From Fimbriosthenelais zetlandica (Eukaryota), in the NCBI GenBank assembly GCA_977030845.1, contig OZ365115.1, positions 31,682,001 to 31,746,000 on the forward strand: a stretch of DNA of 64,000 nt, in the 5' to 3' direction. How positions within the stretch are numbered: position 1 is the first letter of the stretch; every line of letters starts with the position of its first letter. Positions 1 through 14,236 of the stretch are shown here, piece after piece. The notes beneath the pieces were generated by a model, which worked only from the letters and a program-made list of their open reading frames with translations, did not search any database and had not been told where the DNA came from. A program made the position numbers and the translations under genes.

Positions 1-1798
1 GTAAAAGTTACACATAGGCGCAATCTCAACACAATCTCAATACAATTCTATCCATAGAGAAGCATATGGATAGAGTGCCAAGTATGTACTGTCTTCATAT
101 AAAATCCCGTTGAGAAGTAACAGAAAAAAAATCCGCAGACAGGTTTTCCGAACAGGAGAGAAGAAAAGTTATATTTCAAAGATTCTAATGTTGATATTTT
201 TATACTGGAACCATAATTGATATTTCGATACTGCATGGAACCATTATACCAAGGTAAAAAACGCTATTCGCACAGAGAAAGGTAAGGCAGTGATATAATA
301 TGCGCATGTACAGCAATGAAGTAATCAAATGCATGGAAATGGGGTCTGGTTATTGTAAAAAGAACCCATCCTTGACATTGATAAAATCCCCCCCTGAAGT
401 GACCTGAAATACAATCAATGGGAGGCACACTGCTCTTATTTCTAAACCGGAAGTGAACGTCTTTTCTCCTCAAAGTCTGACTCAAAACAGGAAGTATAAT
501 ACCACCTCCATAAAGGTATGGTTTAGATAACGTTGATCTATCCTGATTGATTATTTTAAATATGTTTTCCCATTATAAAGAAGAATGACCCTATAATCTT
601 GATGTAGTATAATATACATGCATTTCAATATCATCTTGTGGGTTATAAACTATGCACCAATCAATAGCCTGAACTTTCAAATGTTGTAACAGACTAATTG
701 AAGGAACAATTAACCCAGAATAGTGATGCAGAACGAAGTTGATTTATTTATAACATGCTACTGAATAAATGATCGGGCTCCAGATGCAAATGTATATTAT
801 CGATCTAACGGGATGTATTATGATCGAGATATATACCACAATTCGTTAGCGGTACATTGAAAATGATAAGATCAGGTTTTCATAAGTTGCAAGCCGAAAA
901 AGTAGGTTAAACTTAACTCAGGAAATCAAATTATAATCCAACACGATTTTAATTTCATTTGTGCCACACAAATGTAAATGTAAAATACAATCAGATGCTC
1001 TGTATTATCAGTTGACCTGCTTTCAGGATAACATGATGGATATTTTGTTATGCGAGGAAAACAAATAATTTCGCTCACATAAAAAATAGTGTAGGACACG
1101 ATGCAGAACGATGAAGAGGTGAATACCCTTTGTTTGTGGTCGTACCGTTATCCTGAGGATACCCTCTGGGGTCAGAGGGTTTGGCATCAGACAATATTAA
1201 CCCCGTCGATGAAAACAGTTGGGCCTTGCCAAGGAATACTAATGAATCTGTAGTGGTATAAGGATAGCACAAGAATGGTTCAATAAGCATTTCCTTAGCC
1301 ATCCAAATACCACACCCATACATGCAAACAGCCCATGAACACGCAGCCAATCCCACAAACAATCCACGCCACAAAAATGAGTTCAAAGAATCTGCCCGAG
1401 AAAAATCAATAGCAATAAAGATAAAACTTCACATACCTCCCAAAAAGCTTCATGTTGGTTGGGGATGTCCAAGGTTTCTTAAAGATGCTTAAATGTTCTT
1501 AGATGAGCACTAGAGTTCTGTACGACAACAATGTTAAATCCTCTAGGCTCCAATGGAGCAATTGGACATCTTTATCACACAGCAGGTTGGAATGCTAGGA
1601 CCTGGGTGTCAGTCAGTATCACTGCCGTATAAATGAATATCGTCTTCTCCCACAGAACATTCAGACAGCCTTGGTACAACTTGCTTGCACTGCTCCAATG
1701 CAGAGCTCAACAAACAGGCTTTCAGAGAGGAGCGTATTGCGCTTCGAGCAGATGGGTCCTGTTTGCCAGGCAATGCTGAAATGCGTCGCATATGAAGA

Positions 1799-1826
1799 GG
1801 CGCGCGATAGGCCGATTGGAATTTAA
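1799..1826. promoter_or_regulatory. E2F/CCAAT-like motif cluster
   Basis: GGCGCGCGA (1799-1807), GATTGG (1814-1819), ATTTAA (1821-1826); motif evidence only. Confidence 0.2.
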
Positions 1827-4800
1827 GTGCCAGACACTGTCTACCTGATGGGTGGAGGGTCTGTTTATGCTCATAACATCCTGTTGCTGATGGCTGCCTT
1901 CATGTATAGCTACCTACACAAGATTCATTGGTGTTTGGTTCCAGAAATAGATTGTTTCAATAGGTATCTTTACGTTTTTTTAAGTGATGAATATATCAAA
2001 ATGCTACAGTATGATTCAATTGATTCAATACAATAGATTCAATTGCTGTAGGAGACTTGACGTCATACAATGTGGCATCTGCTGCAGATGGGACTATCCT
2101 ATACACAGGTGTCCATCTGTTATATGTCTATATATGCGTTTATCCACCCTGGAGAAGGTCCTGTTAGGTCCAGTAAGGTCTCAAACTAGATCATCCAAAA
2201 GAACATGACTCATTGAGTGTATAACTCAAAGGAGCAGCTCCCACCAAGCATGTTCACTCGCTTGCAGGTACACTTGTGCCTCAGGTGGACCAATGAGTGA
2301 TACCCTGGAGATAATAGAGCACCTCTAGCCTGAACACACCTGGGGATGTGTTATGACTTGGTTTAGTCGGAGGCTGAGTGATAAGAGAGGTGGAGAAGAA
2401 GGCAATGTGTGGGACGTGCTAAAGGTGACGGTAGCAGTGCGCGTGGTACAGATTGCTGTTGCTGCTTCATTGTCTCCCTGCAGGAGTCACATATAAGCCC
2501 CACAAGCAGGAAGATGCAAACGTATAGGTCTCAGGTAGGAAAGTAGAGTGGCTTCAGGATAAAGGCTTCACAGCCCTATAACCTCTTGGACACTTCTGTT
2601 GAACCTTCTAGGTCTGCAGGTTGCTTACACTAGTACAAACATGTAGTGTATAGGATCACTTATGAATATAGTCAAGGTCTAATCACCTCTTCAATCACCT
2701 CTGAGAAGTAACAGAGAACCTTAGAAGCCAGTTCCGTGGTTTTCGTCTGAGTATTTTTGGTATTTAGCGTTTGTCGAAGAGTATACTACCTTCCTATAGC
2801 CCAGGATGAATAGACGGGGTCGTGATCCTCAACCTAGCTATCTAACCTAGTGTTGATTCTAGTGCAATAATAGATCGCTGAAAGTGTAGATTAGGGCATG
2901 AAGGTACAGTTAAAGAGACCATGTGACAGTGCATAGTAATTAATCTCTCTACACAATGCAGACTCAAAGACGATGGGTAACACAAATTATAGGTACCTAA
3001 AAAGCTTGGGAATATAGATATAGGATACCAGTAGATTCCAGATGACCATGCAGGCAAGGCTTCCACTAATCCTGGTTGGATATATACATGTATGGGGCAG
3101 GCTGGTGTTGGTCAAGCCCATACTGACCATGTCTGCTGCTCTATAGTCCTCAACTACCAGTTGCATTTATATACAAAGTCTTGTGGCGGGGGAGGGGTGT
3201 ATTGGTAGGAAGGGAGGGGCCTCTTCTTTGATAGGTGGGGTGCATACACAGATTTGTTCTGCAGTTGGGACCAGATTCCCTGCTTGGAGCTGACTGTGAC
3301 GTCAGAAGACGCCCACTCAACTATATTTTATCTTTTAATGGCTAAACATATTTTAGGGTTATCACTGAAATCCTTTAGGCGTCTCAACTTGACACACAAT
3401 ACTTTGCTTGAAGGACGTTCGGAGTACTCATGTCCTCAAATTCGTGTGATCCTTTCATCTTTTGTCCGCCTTCTCTATTCAGACAAGCATAAATACATAC
3501 ACTGACCTTATAAGATCTGGCCAGGAGCGTTACTGGGAGATACATCCTCCACCTTCAACCTCACCACCTTACCATCTGACATTGTCCAGTATTCGAGCTA
3601 GATCTGGCCATTTCAGTCATTTTCACTAAATTACATCCCATATATAACGTTAAAGATGATCACGACCCCCAGAAAATAACTTCTAAACCTGCCCTTTGAA
3701 AGTAGGTGAAGTGCGTTCCTTCTCCCACTTTCCTTACCCTGAAAGGATTCCCCCATCATTGTTACCAGTACGGTGGAAACATTCATGAGAAGCAGGGGTA
3801 TCGCAAAGGTATTTCCCAAAACGGTTCACCACGGCTCTCCCCTGTATAGAATTCCCTTTATTTCAACACATCTGAAGCCATATTGAAGTAAGAGAGTAAA
3901 GGCCATTCGGCCCATGACCTATCGCTAGGGTCATTCCTTTATTCATTGGCTTAGGTTCTACGTATTCAGCGATCTATCTCTGGAGAATATGTGGCACAAA
4001 GCGACCTTCATACTTTAACCATGTCTTGTCATCTTTTCATGTAAATAACATAATCTTCAATTTTAAAAGCCAGCGCGATGGAGTGTAGTTTGAAATACAA
4101 TTTCAAATCTGAGAAGTATGTCCGACAACAATATTCTTTTAGTATATATCATTGATTCCTGATTTGGTCTTGAACCGTACTGTTTACTTATTTCTTCGCC
4201 TATGTACATGTATGTATAAATTCGAGATTATCGACATATGTTTCGAATTTATTCCATCTATATTGTCACTCCAGTAACACGGTCATGGTGTATCGTTGCA
4301 GAAAACCAATACAATAGGAGCGTCCCTACCAGGCCAAGACATCAACACAGATATTGATGCTAATGACTTAATTAACAAATCAATTATCGCTTCGCTAATT
4401 GGGTTCATTATCTATAAGAAGGCATTTTCTGTCTGTGTGTAGGAGTGTGCTTTGAATGAAGGCAGTTGAGGGCCTTTAGTCTGCTATTTGATCTACTTTT
4501 CAAGCTTTGTAGATAGACTATGCCCAATATATTGCTGAAGTAACAATCATGTGGTTTTTCCAACTGATCGACAAAGTCAAAATGATATATGTTTTAATGT
4601 GAACACTTCACTGTAAACATAGCAGTCAAGATGCATTTGCCCATACTGGCAACGGTTGAAATATAGTTGATGCATAGCATCAGAATTCTGCAGCCTGTCT
4701 TCACATTTTGGACAAAATTATCAATTTAAAAGGTCAGCATATTGCCATGTTGAATCTCTCAGAAAACACAATCTGGCGTCATTCGTCGCTAAAACGCTTC

Positions 4801-6413
4801 AACATTCACCTTTTTGTAATACATTCAGCCCACCTCTCTTATCGACGCAAATATTGAAGGCTTTCTCCATCTTTAAAGTCCTGCACTGAGGACTTCCTCC
4901 TCTTTGATTCTCCCTTTAATCATTAAAAGCATCTGCACTTAATTTTACACTATTGATAGCGATGTTGAATGTTCTACAGAAGCTGCAGCGATCAATTTCA
5001 ATATTCTGAAAACTGCTTTCTGGTTTTATCAGGCGAAACTTTTGCCAGATGTTTACCTCTATGAAGGTTAGATGATGAAGGTTAGTTCAATGAAGTTCAT
5101 TGAACAATGTGGAGGGAAATGACGTAAATTCATGTTTGGCGCCTCTAGTTTAGATCTCTACAGGAACCAACATATAGGGCATAGGATATTATGGAATGAA
5201 CCACTAGTTGGTATGAGGGAACGTGTTATAAATATATGGATTTTCAGCCAGGTCGCTAGATCTTGAGCAGGAACACTGAACAGGAACAGTGCACTTGAGC
5301 AGTATCGGAATGAAGATACCTGACTCTACGCCCACTTTCCATGTACTACTTACACGGCAGTAGTATAGGAACGCAGTACATATGGACAAGGAGAATTAGA
5401 GTAGTATAGGAAAATGGGGGGTTGATTCAGGGAATGTAGTCGGGACCTATAAGGTATGATTTAGCCGCCGTTAGCCTCAAGCTTGGTGTCGAGAACTGCA
5501 GGTATTTATGATGTAGAGACATATAGACAAGTTACAGTGGGTTAAGTGGACCTTCTCATGGACTATCTACATGCACCAATTAAAGTAAGGCTTTAATCAA
5601 CTCATCGTAATGCTGTTTGGTCCAGGTGACTTGTAACTGAACAGTCACCTTTCACGATCTAAGTGCTGCAAGAGGTTAGGGGATAAATTGAAGGATTTCA
5701 TGAAAGGGAAATGCATCCGTTTATTGAGAGATACAGCAATATTTAATTCTTGCCATAAGTTATAAGGGAACCTAGATATCAAGCGGCTCCGGATAACAGG
5801 TGTGCAACGGTTATTGGAGTGGTTCTCCAAGAGTGCCTCTAGATGCAGCCATAGAGTAGCCACTTCCGGTGTAAAGTCCTCTCTCCATCCAGTGTCATAT
5901 CTACAGCTATAATAGATGAAGACATCAGTGGAGAGCACTCTCTTGCACTCACCCTTTCACGTTGCCAATCTCATCGGCGCGTGGTATGTTGAAATAGTAT
6001 TCACGCAGTGGTCGTTATCGGTTTAACTAAATCGCATTATGCTGGCGGCTTTCATGGCGAGGCCTAATCCCCCTGCACACAAACACGCTCATCATGGAGT
6101 TATCCTACCAAAGGTTTGGTCAGTATTTATGGCCCTCAGGCACGAAGGAATTTATTATCAAACCAATATATATTCAAACAGGAAAACCGACTTTTGAACA
6201 TTGAAGGTTTTTTAAACATCGCTTCAAGTGTTCACAAGATTTAATTGAAAATTTTCACCTCTTCATAATCAGTATTTTAGAAAGGTTTGAAACATAGTAC
6301 TGGGAAAATACTGCAATTGTGATAGATATGGTCATAGAAAATTTTGCTTCTTACGAATCTGAACAGGTGGGCTAACACAATAACAACATACTTCACCTCA
6401 GAGCAGAACATAC

Positions 6414-6500
6414 CTGCGCAAGCCTACCAACGAATTCAACATCCATAATGCACCACCCTAACACCATCTGAATAGTAACTTTCTCCTCAGACGCCGCCAT
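6414..6500 (-). CDS. Candidate first coding exon of an unidentified gene
   Basis: caatATGGCGGCG start context, MAASEEKVTIQMVLGWCIMDVEFVGRLAQ, strong donor CAG|gtatgt (phase 0). No recognisable homology. Confidence 0.25.
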
Positions 6501-7913
6501 ATTGCTTTTGTCTCGGTGAAAAAGGGCCGGGATTAATTCGGTGGCTTTCTGACATGCCATGAATCTCGGGGTTTGATGAATAAAGGGGAGGGCCAAAGAC
6601 CTCTACTACCATGGCCATTGAAACCGGTATGTTTTTGTTTCCTTATACCAGCACAGAAATATAGACCCGTGCACTCATGCATCAGCTGTATGTGAGTAAA
6701 GAGGCCTAGGTTTTTGTGAGCGAGGCCCGCATTGAAAGTAGTCCGGCCCACTAGCGTGGTAATCTGATTTGTACACACCATGGCTGGTTGAGAGATCCAT
6801 AAAGGATGTTGTGGGGCAGCACAATATAATCCTCTGGCAGGATTGTTTGGGAGGTTAGGAGGGAGTGAAAGGGAAGGACGATTGAGAGTAGAGGGATATG
6901 AAAGAGTATGCTATGATACTGATTACATGGGGAAAATAATGGGAAAAAGACTTTTATTTTAAGATGCTATATAAAATCCGCTCGCATTTGTCATTTTCAT
7001 CTCAAGTCTCTTTGTGTTGTTCACAGGATTAGGCATTTTTTCTTGTCCTTTGCAACATTTTACATAAAGTCTCTGTTAGTGGGTAATTCCAATGCAAAGC
7101 TACATGTTGTCTCCTTCAGAAAGGAATCTTACACTCAGGAAGACGTTGCTGTACAGTATTCCAGTATTTGCCTTGTCTTCCGGGCTGTAGGGGGAGCCAG
7201 TTAGCCTCTCCAGGTTTACTGGCGAGCTTTGTGATTTTTCCCAGGATGCTCAGAAGTTGGCTGCCTCCGGAAGTGAGGGCCTGCTGGCGCCACGTGGTTT
7301 GGACCCACAGGAGATGGAGTAGAATGGCAAACAACATGTGAATGCTCAGTCACTCAGGAATGTCCATATCTATTACGACTAGAGCAGCTAATCCTTTGAA
7401 ACTAATAATTATAAAAAATGTAGTTTTAAATCCCAGACAGAACCTATGATACTTCATAGGGATATGATCCAAACCACTGCATATGAGTCCAAACAATTAG
7501 TAAGAATATTGTATAGCATTAATGTTGTGCCATTTACATGCGAAGTGAAAATAGAATTATCAAAAGGATGAGACTGATGTCGCAGCGACGGCGACAGCTC
7601 ATTTAGAGACAGCGAATATACAAATTGATATGTCTTACGATAAGGGAATATTTTCACATTTATTTTTTAGGATGGCCCCTGCAGGGTGTTCCATTAAAGT
7701 GACTATAGAGGCCTCGTCCTGTCCCAGCATACTATTCCCGATATGCACAACCTGGCCCACTCTCATTGAGGACTGGGTGTCTACACCTTCAAGTAGCCTC
7801 TAGTCTGCCTGCTTTTTCCCTTCTCCAGTAACTGAGCCTCAGTAAAACTATGGGGAACACCCAGCTGGTGAAGAGGCCAACAGTGAGATCTCTGATGAAG
7901 CCACGTTTCCAAC

Positions 7914-7986
7914 CACGTGACTAATCCATCCACGAGTGTTTACTTTCCCGCCATCTTGAGAGCGACTGCAGCGCCGCCTGACGTGA
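7914..7986 (-). promoter_or_regulatory. Housekeeping-promoter-like cluster (E-box, E2F, YY1, CRE-like)
   Basis: CACGTGAC (7914), TTTCCCGCCATCTTG (7944-7958; minus strand CAAGATGGCGGGAAA), TGACGTGA (7979). Confidence 0.35.
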
Positions 7987-10403
7987 ACGAGGAAAGGGGG
8001 AACCTGATCTATCGACTGCGTGAGTGGTTTCGTATTTCGGGAGATATTTTTGTAGGATGGGTCCTGGGCATGCCACGGTTTAATTTAGAAGCACTTTTCA
8101 GCTTCGTGTTCATGCAAAGAGATTTTCAGCGTATTTCATACTGGGTAGAAATGCTGCACTGGTGTTCTTTTTATGTAATCTAAATCGATTTAAAAATTCA
8201 AGGCCATCAATTGGAGAAAATTAAAACCAAAATGAATAGGAAGAATATTGGGAAATCTCCCAATACTTCGTAGGATGAGATTAAATAGCCTGAGTGAATC
8301 GACACATTTTCATTAACAGCAGTTGCAACCCTACTCCGCAACTCCAAATAGCAAACATATTTAGGCCAATGCGAGCCTTTCAGGTCAAGGCAATTGCTTT
8401 TATCTTGTTTCCATTTTTGCCAGGTGAATGACTATCGCCTCTACTTCCTCCCACTTTACCTTCCTTTTCTGGCGTCATTTAACCTGCACGATCTGTCACT
8501 TCTCCTTTCGCTTAAAGTCCCCATAAAAGCGGCCATCATAGGCTGAATCACCACCAACAAAGTAGTCCATGCCTAGTTCTGAAAGCAAGTGCCCACCCCT
8601 TACCACAGTATGATTGCCTAGAGAAACGAAACCGGAAGCAGTCTTCGTGTCAACGAGCGATAATGGAGATGGAAAAAAAAGGAAGGTCGGAGGGTTAGTT
8701 ACAGTAAAAAATAGGGCGTTTTAGGGGGAAGGGCGAATGAATGTGATCAGACCGCGGAGGAATACACAATGTAAGAGGAAGTTGAAGGTGCCATGCGATG
8801 TAGTCGTTAGATCAGTGGAGGGATATGAGGAGAGGGAGTAAGGAGGCCGGGCGGGGGATAACAACATCAAATTGTTGCGTGCCCAAAGATTTCAGACTGG
8901 GACCACTTTGATGGATTACTTTTATGGCGAAGTAATATGGATTTTGCGCGGCATTCCTGCGTGCTGTTGTGCCTCGTAATAAGCCCGGAATTGTTGTGGT
9001 AATTTGTCAATCCCTGCATTAAAATCCCACTTTTGTTTTCATGGTTGAAAAGCACTAAGAGCTTTCTAATACAGTCATCATTTATATCACCGAAGAAAAG
9101 GGGTATGAATGGCAGATATTTCTGAGACACCTTAAAAAAATAAGATGTGATTTGATGTAAATGCAATATAAAGTCCTAATAAATATTCACAGGGTGAAAA
9201 TCTGTTGCCATGTGACTACTCAATTATCACTTCCCTTCGAGATGCGATTGAGAAATATGAACAAGAAAAAAACAGGATTAATACCCTGAAAGGTATTTCC
9301 CAGCTCAGTCATATTTATGCATCAGTTTGTGATTGTCATGAAAATGATCTCGCCAAGAAGTAGCTATTAAGCCGCAAAGTTATGGTTCTTCCTCTTGATA
9401 TCACCCCGTCATGAATAATTGAAACTTAGCGTCCCAAATCCTTTAATAATTGGACTCCCATAATGCATACTTGTGACGTCATTCACGGGCAGACGCCTTT
9501 TAAGATCAGCCAGGAGCGTCGAGAATGAGACCCGGCAGGTCTCATGCATACTTTACAACGACATTACGGTCGAGCCGTTCTACTGAGATAGATTGGGATT
9601 ATCGCTGACGGCGTTTTATTTTAAGATACAGCCTTGATTTGCATCAGAAAATTGTTTTGATCCTGCAAAACAACTTAGTATGTGACATATTATGACACAG
9701 GATTAAATGTTCCCATTATACTGACAAAATACTGCCTATATTTGTACTGTGTCATAAATCTTTAAGTAATAATGGAGGTGGTAAAACGATTAGATTCATA
9801 GGATAGTTATCCTTGCTATGATACACCTGCAAGTAATAGGCTAATACACATGTGTAGAGTATTAGAAAAGTAAAGAAAGGCCCAAAACCTGCAAGCCCAC
9901 AAGATGGCTCTCCACAGTTCCTATAGCCTATAGACTGTCGGGGGGAATATTTCCACCTTTATTATGTGGGCAATTATTCCTCAGATATCATTTGGGCACA
10001 GCTAATCCGATAGGAAGAACACCCCCCCAAAGTACATTAGGATCGTCGCTTGGAATGCAGGGAAGGCCAGACGCCAGTGTGACGTCATTAACGAGTATTG
10101 ACATTCAACCAATGATGCTTTGTCATTGATGCAGCCATGTTTTGAAAGGCTGCTAAAAGGATGGGGACGTGTTTGTAGAACAAAGCGAGGGAAACTGATA
10201 GGTTTACTTTGTCCCACAAATCCTGTTATGACTGCACTGTGGAAGGGATAAGCGATGTTATAAAATATCTAATTTGCTGAAATTTCTGCCCCCGGAGAAA
10301 CTGATTGGCATTGAAATATTGCTTTCTAATTCCTCCATATGGTGATGTGCAATCTCAACTAATCCACTGTAACTTTTGTTGCAGCTGCTACAGAGGATTT
10401 GCA

Positions 10404-10447
10404 ACATTACTTTCTAACAACGGATTACATTACTTCCTAACATGGAT
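10404..10447. repeat. About 23-bp imperfect tandem duplication
   Basis: acattactttctaacaacggatt / acattacttcctaaca-tggat. Confidence 0.8.
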
Positions 10448-12932
10448 GTTTTTTTACATGAAGGGGAAAATTGACCAATGATACTTTCATATGGGCAGGG
10501 GACTCAATGTATATATACATTGTACACAAAATGATTGCAGGCGGAGGGAGTAATAAGACCTTTGGCCTTTAATTCCCTCAGTGTCAGGACTTAAAGTCTG
10601 CTTTCTGGGCTCAGTACCAATTTGTTTTATGCGCTGAGACCCGGGGCACCTTGAATATTCATTATCCGGAAATGGAACGAAAGCTAAATGAGGGTAGACG
10701 ACAATTCTGACGCCTTACAGCGCCTCAAGTTTGATTAAGACGAAAAAAGCGCCAAAAGCGGGACAGGGCAAACGCCTAGTCCTCTGCTTTAACTACCTCT
10801 GGGGAGAGCTTACAAAAGCAGGGTCAAGGTCATTAGTATTCAGGTCTCGCATCACAAACTCCACACCTTTGCCGATGCCACTGAAACACTTCCCCTATGG
10901 GACATGGCGCAAATCTTCAAGCCCCGGGATCTTTCGGAATCCTCACAAAGGCCCCAGTACCCGAGGGTCACTATGCTTTTAAGGTGGCCAACATGGCGTG
11001 GGCAAGCAAATGAAAGTCAATTTATTCTCTCGGAGGGGCTCTCTATTTCTGGACCAACAGAGGACATTTTGTTCTGATTCAGTCGAGCCCGCCATTAGAT
11101 GCAATTGACTCAAAGCAGTTTACCATGTTAGTTTAAGATGGTGGCTCAGGAAAGCAGTCTGCTACATCGACCGATCCGCTAGCAGAAAATCCCCACTCAC
11201 AACCACCAACAGGAAGTGACGTAGAATCTCGTGCAAGGTGACCCAAACACAGATCTCGTGGGGAAACTGCATTAGTGCTGAGTCATGTGACTTAAGTCCC
11301 GTTGTTCACGAGCTTTTGATCTAGTCCCGGCAGTCAGGATTGGAAATTCTTTTGAGGGAGGTAATAGCAAATTGTCTCAAATGGACTTTCCACTTTATTT
11401 CCATTTTTTGTAGTGAGATGAAAGGAGTACTTTTTCGTCGTTCAAAAAGGCAGCAATCAATGAGTGACTTTATCATACCTTCGAGGGATTTAAGGAACAT
11501 CATGAGAGAATCTTCGGAACACTATGGAAATTCTTGCCTTTTTTCTTTCTTTATTGGATTCAAATCTGGAGGGAAAATGCATATCTTGAGAGGAGAGGGA
11601 ACGATGGTAACTCCTTACAAAGAGAATTTGAAGTCCACCTCCTGTTTTAAAAGTTTTGTTGGAAAAATATGAACGATAATAATAATATAGTAGCGCCACA
11701 TTAAAAATAAACAATGGAACTGAATAATAAAGCAATCCATGCAGTTTAATCTAGGTCCAGGTCAGATTTAAAAGGCATTTAACCAGACATAAACTATAAC
11801 CTTGATTCTGCCACAAAACCCACTTTCTTATCACCCTCGATGGTCAATCCCTGGCCCCAACCCTGGCAAGTCTGGGTTCTTGGGCTTTCCCGTGAGAGCA
11901 CAAGAAGGAATGAACATTTCGATATGCGTGACCACTAGTATTTAATGGACAGTAAAGGCGATAAGCTGAACATAGAGGGCACTAAGTGACCCCCCAAAAG
12001 CACCGGATGAGTTCTAAAACAAATTGTCCATAGAATTCGCTGACAGTTTGCCTTTCCTGACAGATCGCTTAATATAGGGTGGAATCTAACTGGAGCTGTA
12101 GCCACGTTAGACTTTTGACAATGTAGCAATTATGTCCATTGGCATAAGGCCTCCATGGGTGATGGTTCTCTAGTATTGAACCACCAAATGCTGCCCTTTC
12201 TTATGTGTGGGACATTGTTAACAATTCCAAATTAGAAACATGAATATTGTCTATGTACATAAAATATATGCAAGAAATGCATCATACACCATTATTGATC
12301 GAATAGCAATATATAGGTCGGCTACAATACAGTAAGTAATGAAGCCATCTTGGGCGGCAAGGCCCTGCTGCTGCTGTAGGAGTGTGAAAGGTGGGCTTCA
12401 GTCAACTCTCTGTTCACAGCCCTGTGTGAATGTGAAACGAGCAATTACTGGACGGCTAAGTGGCAGGTCATGTAGACAGAGCAGTGTGTACATTGACAGT
12501 CGAGCCCGCCCAGGCCCCGGCACAGCCAAGTGAGCCACTCCCAGGATACAAAGCGGACCTGGGACAAGGCGTGAGCAGGAGTCAAGAGGCTCAGGCTGTG
12601 TCTAGAGCAGCTCAACATGGGCCCAACCTGGGTGATATTGGAGGGAAACAAGCGGGTGTACAGGTCATTCCGACTGCCTCAGCGAGGCACAAAGGAAACA
12701 TTTACTGGTACCTCAATATATTGGGGTATATCTGAGAAGGCTTTTGGTGCCCATAAGTTACAAGATCTTCCACATAAAATAATGTATTATTCTACTTCTC
12801 AAGTTCGGCATAAGTTTGTGGGTAAGGAATGGGCCTTAACACATACCTTTAGCACCTCATGCTAGTCATGTTGTACCTTGTGGTGAACTAAATCATTCCA
12901 CACCTACGCACACTCAAAGCACTAAAGCCTCC

Positions 12933-12946
12933 GCGCCCCCTGCTGA
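12933..12946 (-). promoter_or_regulatory. CTCF-like motif
   Basis: Minus strand TCAGCAGGGGGCGC, close to the CTCF core CCASYAGRKGGCRS. Confidence 0.4.
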
Positions 12947-14218
12947 CAAACAAACTGCACTTTGCTGCCTACCCGTCACGCATGTGTGCGTCGAATTTGT
13001 CAGCCATGTTTGAGTAATGACCTCTACAGGTCGATCATTGCACCAGTAGAGTCCTTCACGGGAGGGGGGCCTGGCGTTATAGATTGATTAGCCATGGCTT
13101 CACCGAGCAATTGATTCTTCGTCATAGTAAATCCCTCTTCACCCCCAACAGTACACACCTTGAGCTGCACATAAATGATCCTCTCTCTACCTACCTGTGA
13201 ATTTATTTCACCTTCTCACGCCTTCTCTTACTGCAGCCATTCATGGGCCAATAATTTCAATAATGGAGAAAGTAAATTATTCATCTGTGACCGACTGGTT
13301 CTGGTCGGCTGGTTTTTACTCCAGGCAGTGTGGTGATGGCTACGTCGAAGTGAGAGGCATCAATTGATGTTTGGTGTTTTTGTGCTTGTAATCAATGCCA
13401 CAAGGAGGGGTATCTATATGTGGACCTTAAACAGAGATCTGAATTGAAAGTCGTTTGTCGAAACGCCTCGAGCAAAGGATTGTTAGTATAGAGCACAATC
13501 GATAGAGACAGGGATATACATGCTGACAGACAGAAGAGAGGAATAGCTCATATACTTATTACTGTCACCAATTCAATAAAGTCGTTTTCTACCACCGGGA
13601 ATTGCAGATAACTAACACTTAGAGATCTTGACTCAAACCTCATTTAATCGATTAAAGATATTAAAAAGCTGCCGCTGTGATTTAATGTTGACGTTTCTCT
13701 TCAAAAGCTAATGGCTTCAAATGGGCGATAATGGGTTGAATGAAGCGTGCGGATGATGCGATGGTCATCAATTAGTAACCTACTTTGGAAAGACCCAATC
13801 ATCCGGCTGGGAGAGTAGGTAAAGGAGCCAGTACTTAAGATTTTCTTGAAAGAACTGGAGTAAAATTTACATGACTATGTGTGTGAGGTAATTTTGGTTC
13901 CCCCACAATTTTGTCTGTCTATAATGGAAAGGGACTAAAAGGAAATCTTGGTGAGAATGATTTCTATTCAAATGGGATGTTTTTTTCGAAAGTCTGATTC
14001 AGACTGACTGGATCGAACTGTTTCAATCATTAGATATAATTATTCTCAAGCAGTTGTATAATATCATATTAATCTAGTTGTATTTTGCACACCAGGACAA
14101 AAACATATTGGGAATTGAGGTTTTGGCAGTGTGATATGCCACGATTCGCCTTTAGAGGATGATAATTCATACTGACAGTGATCTGCCGGAAGTGAACCTC
14201 GTTATGACTTACGGTTGG

Positions 14219-14236
14219 GCCGCCTCCTAGTGGCCA
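14219..14236 (-). promoter_or_regulatory. CTCF-like motif
   Basis: Minus strand TGGCCACTAGGAGGCGGC. Confidence 0.4.

Noticed and set aside
1392-1460. MKLFG|R mini-exon spliced over a 45-nt intron to the 1391 acceptor
   Set aside because: The intron is far shorter than the shortest confident intron here (103 nt).
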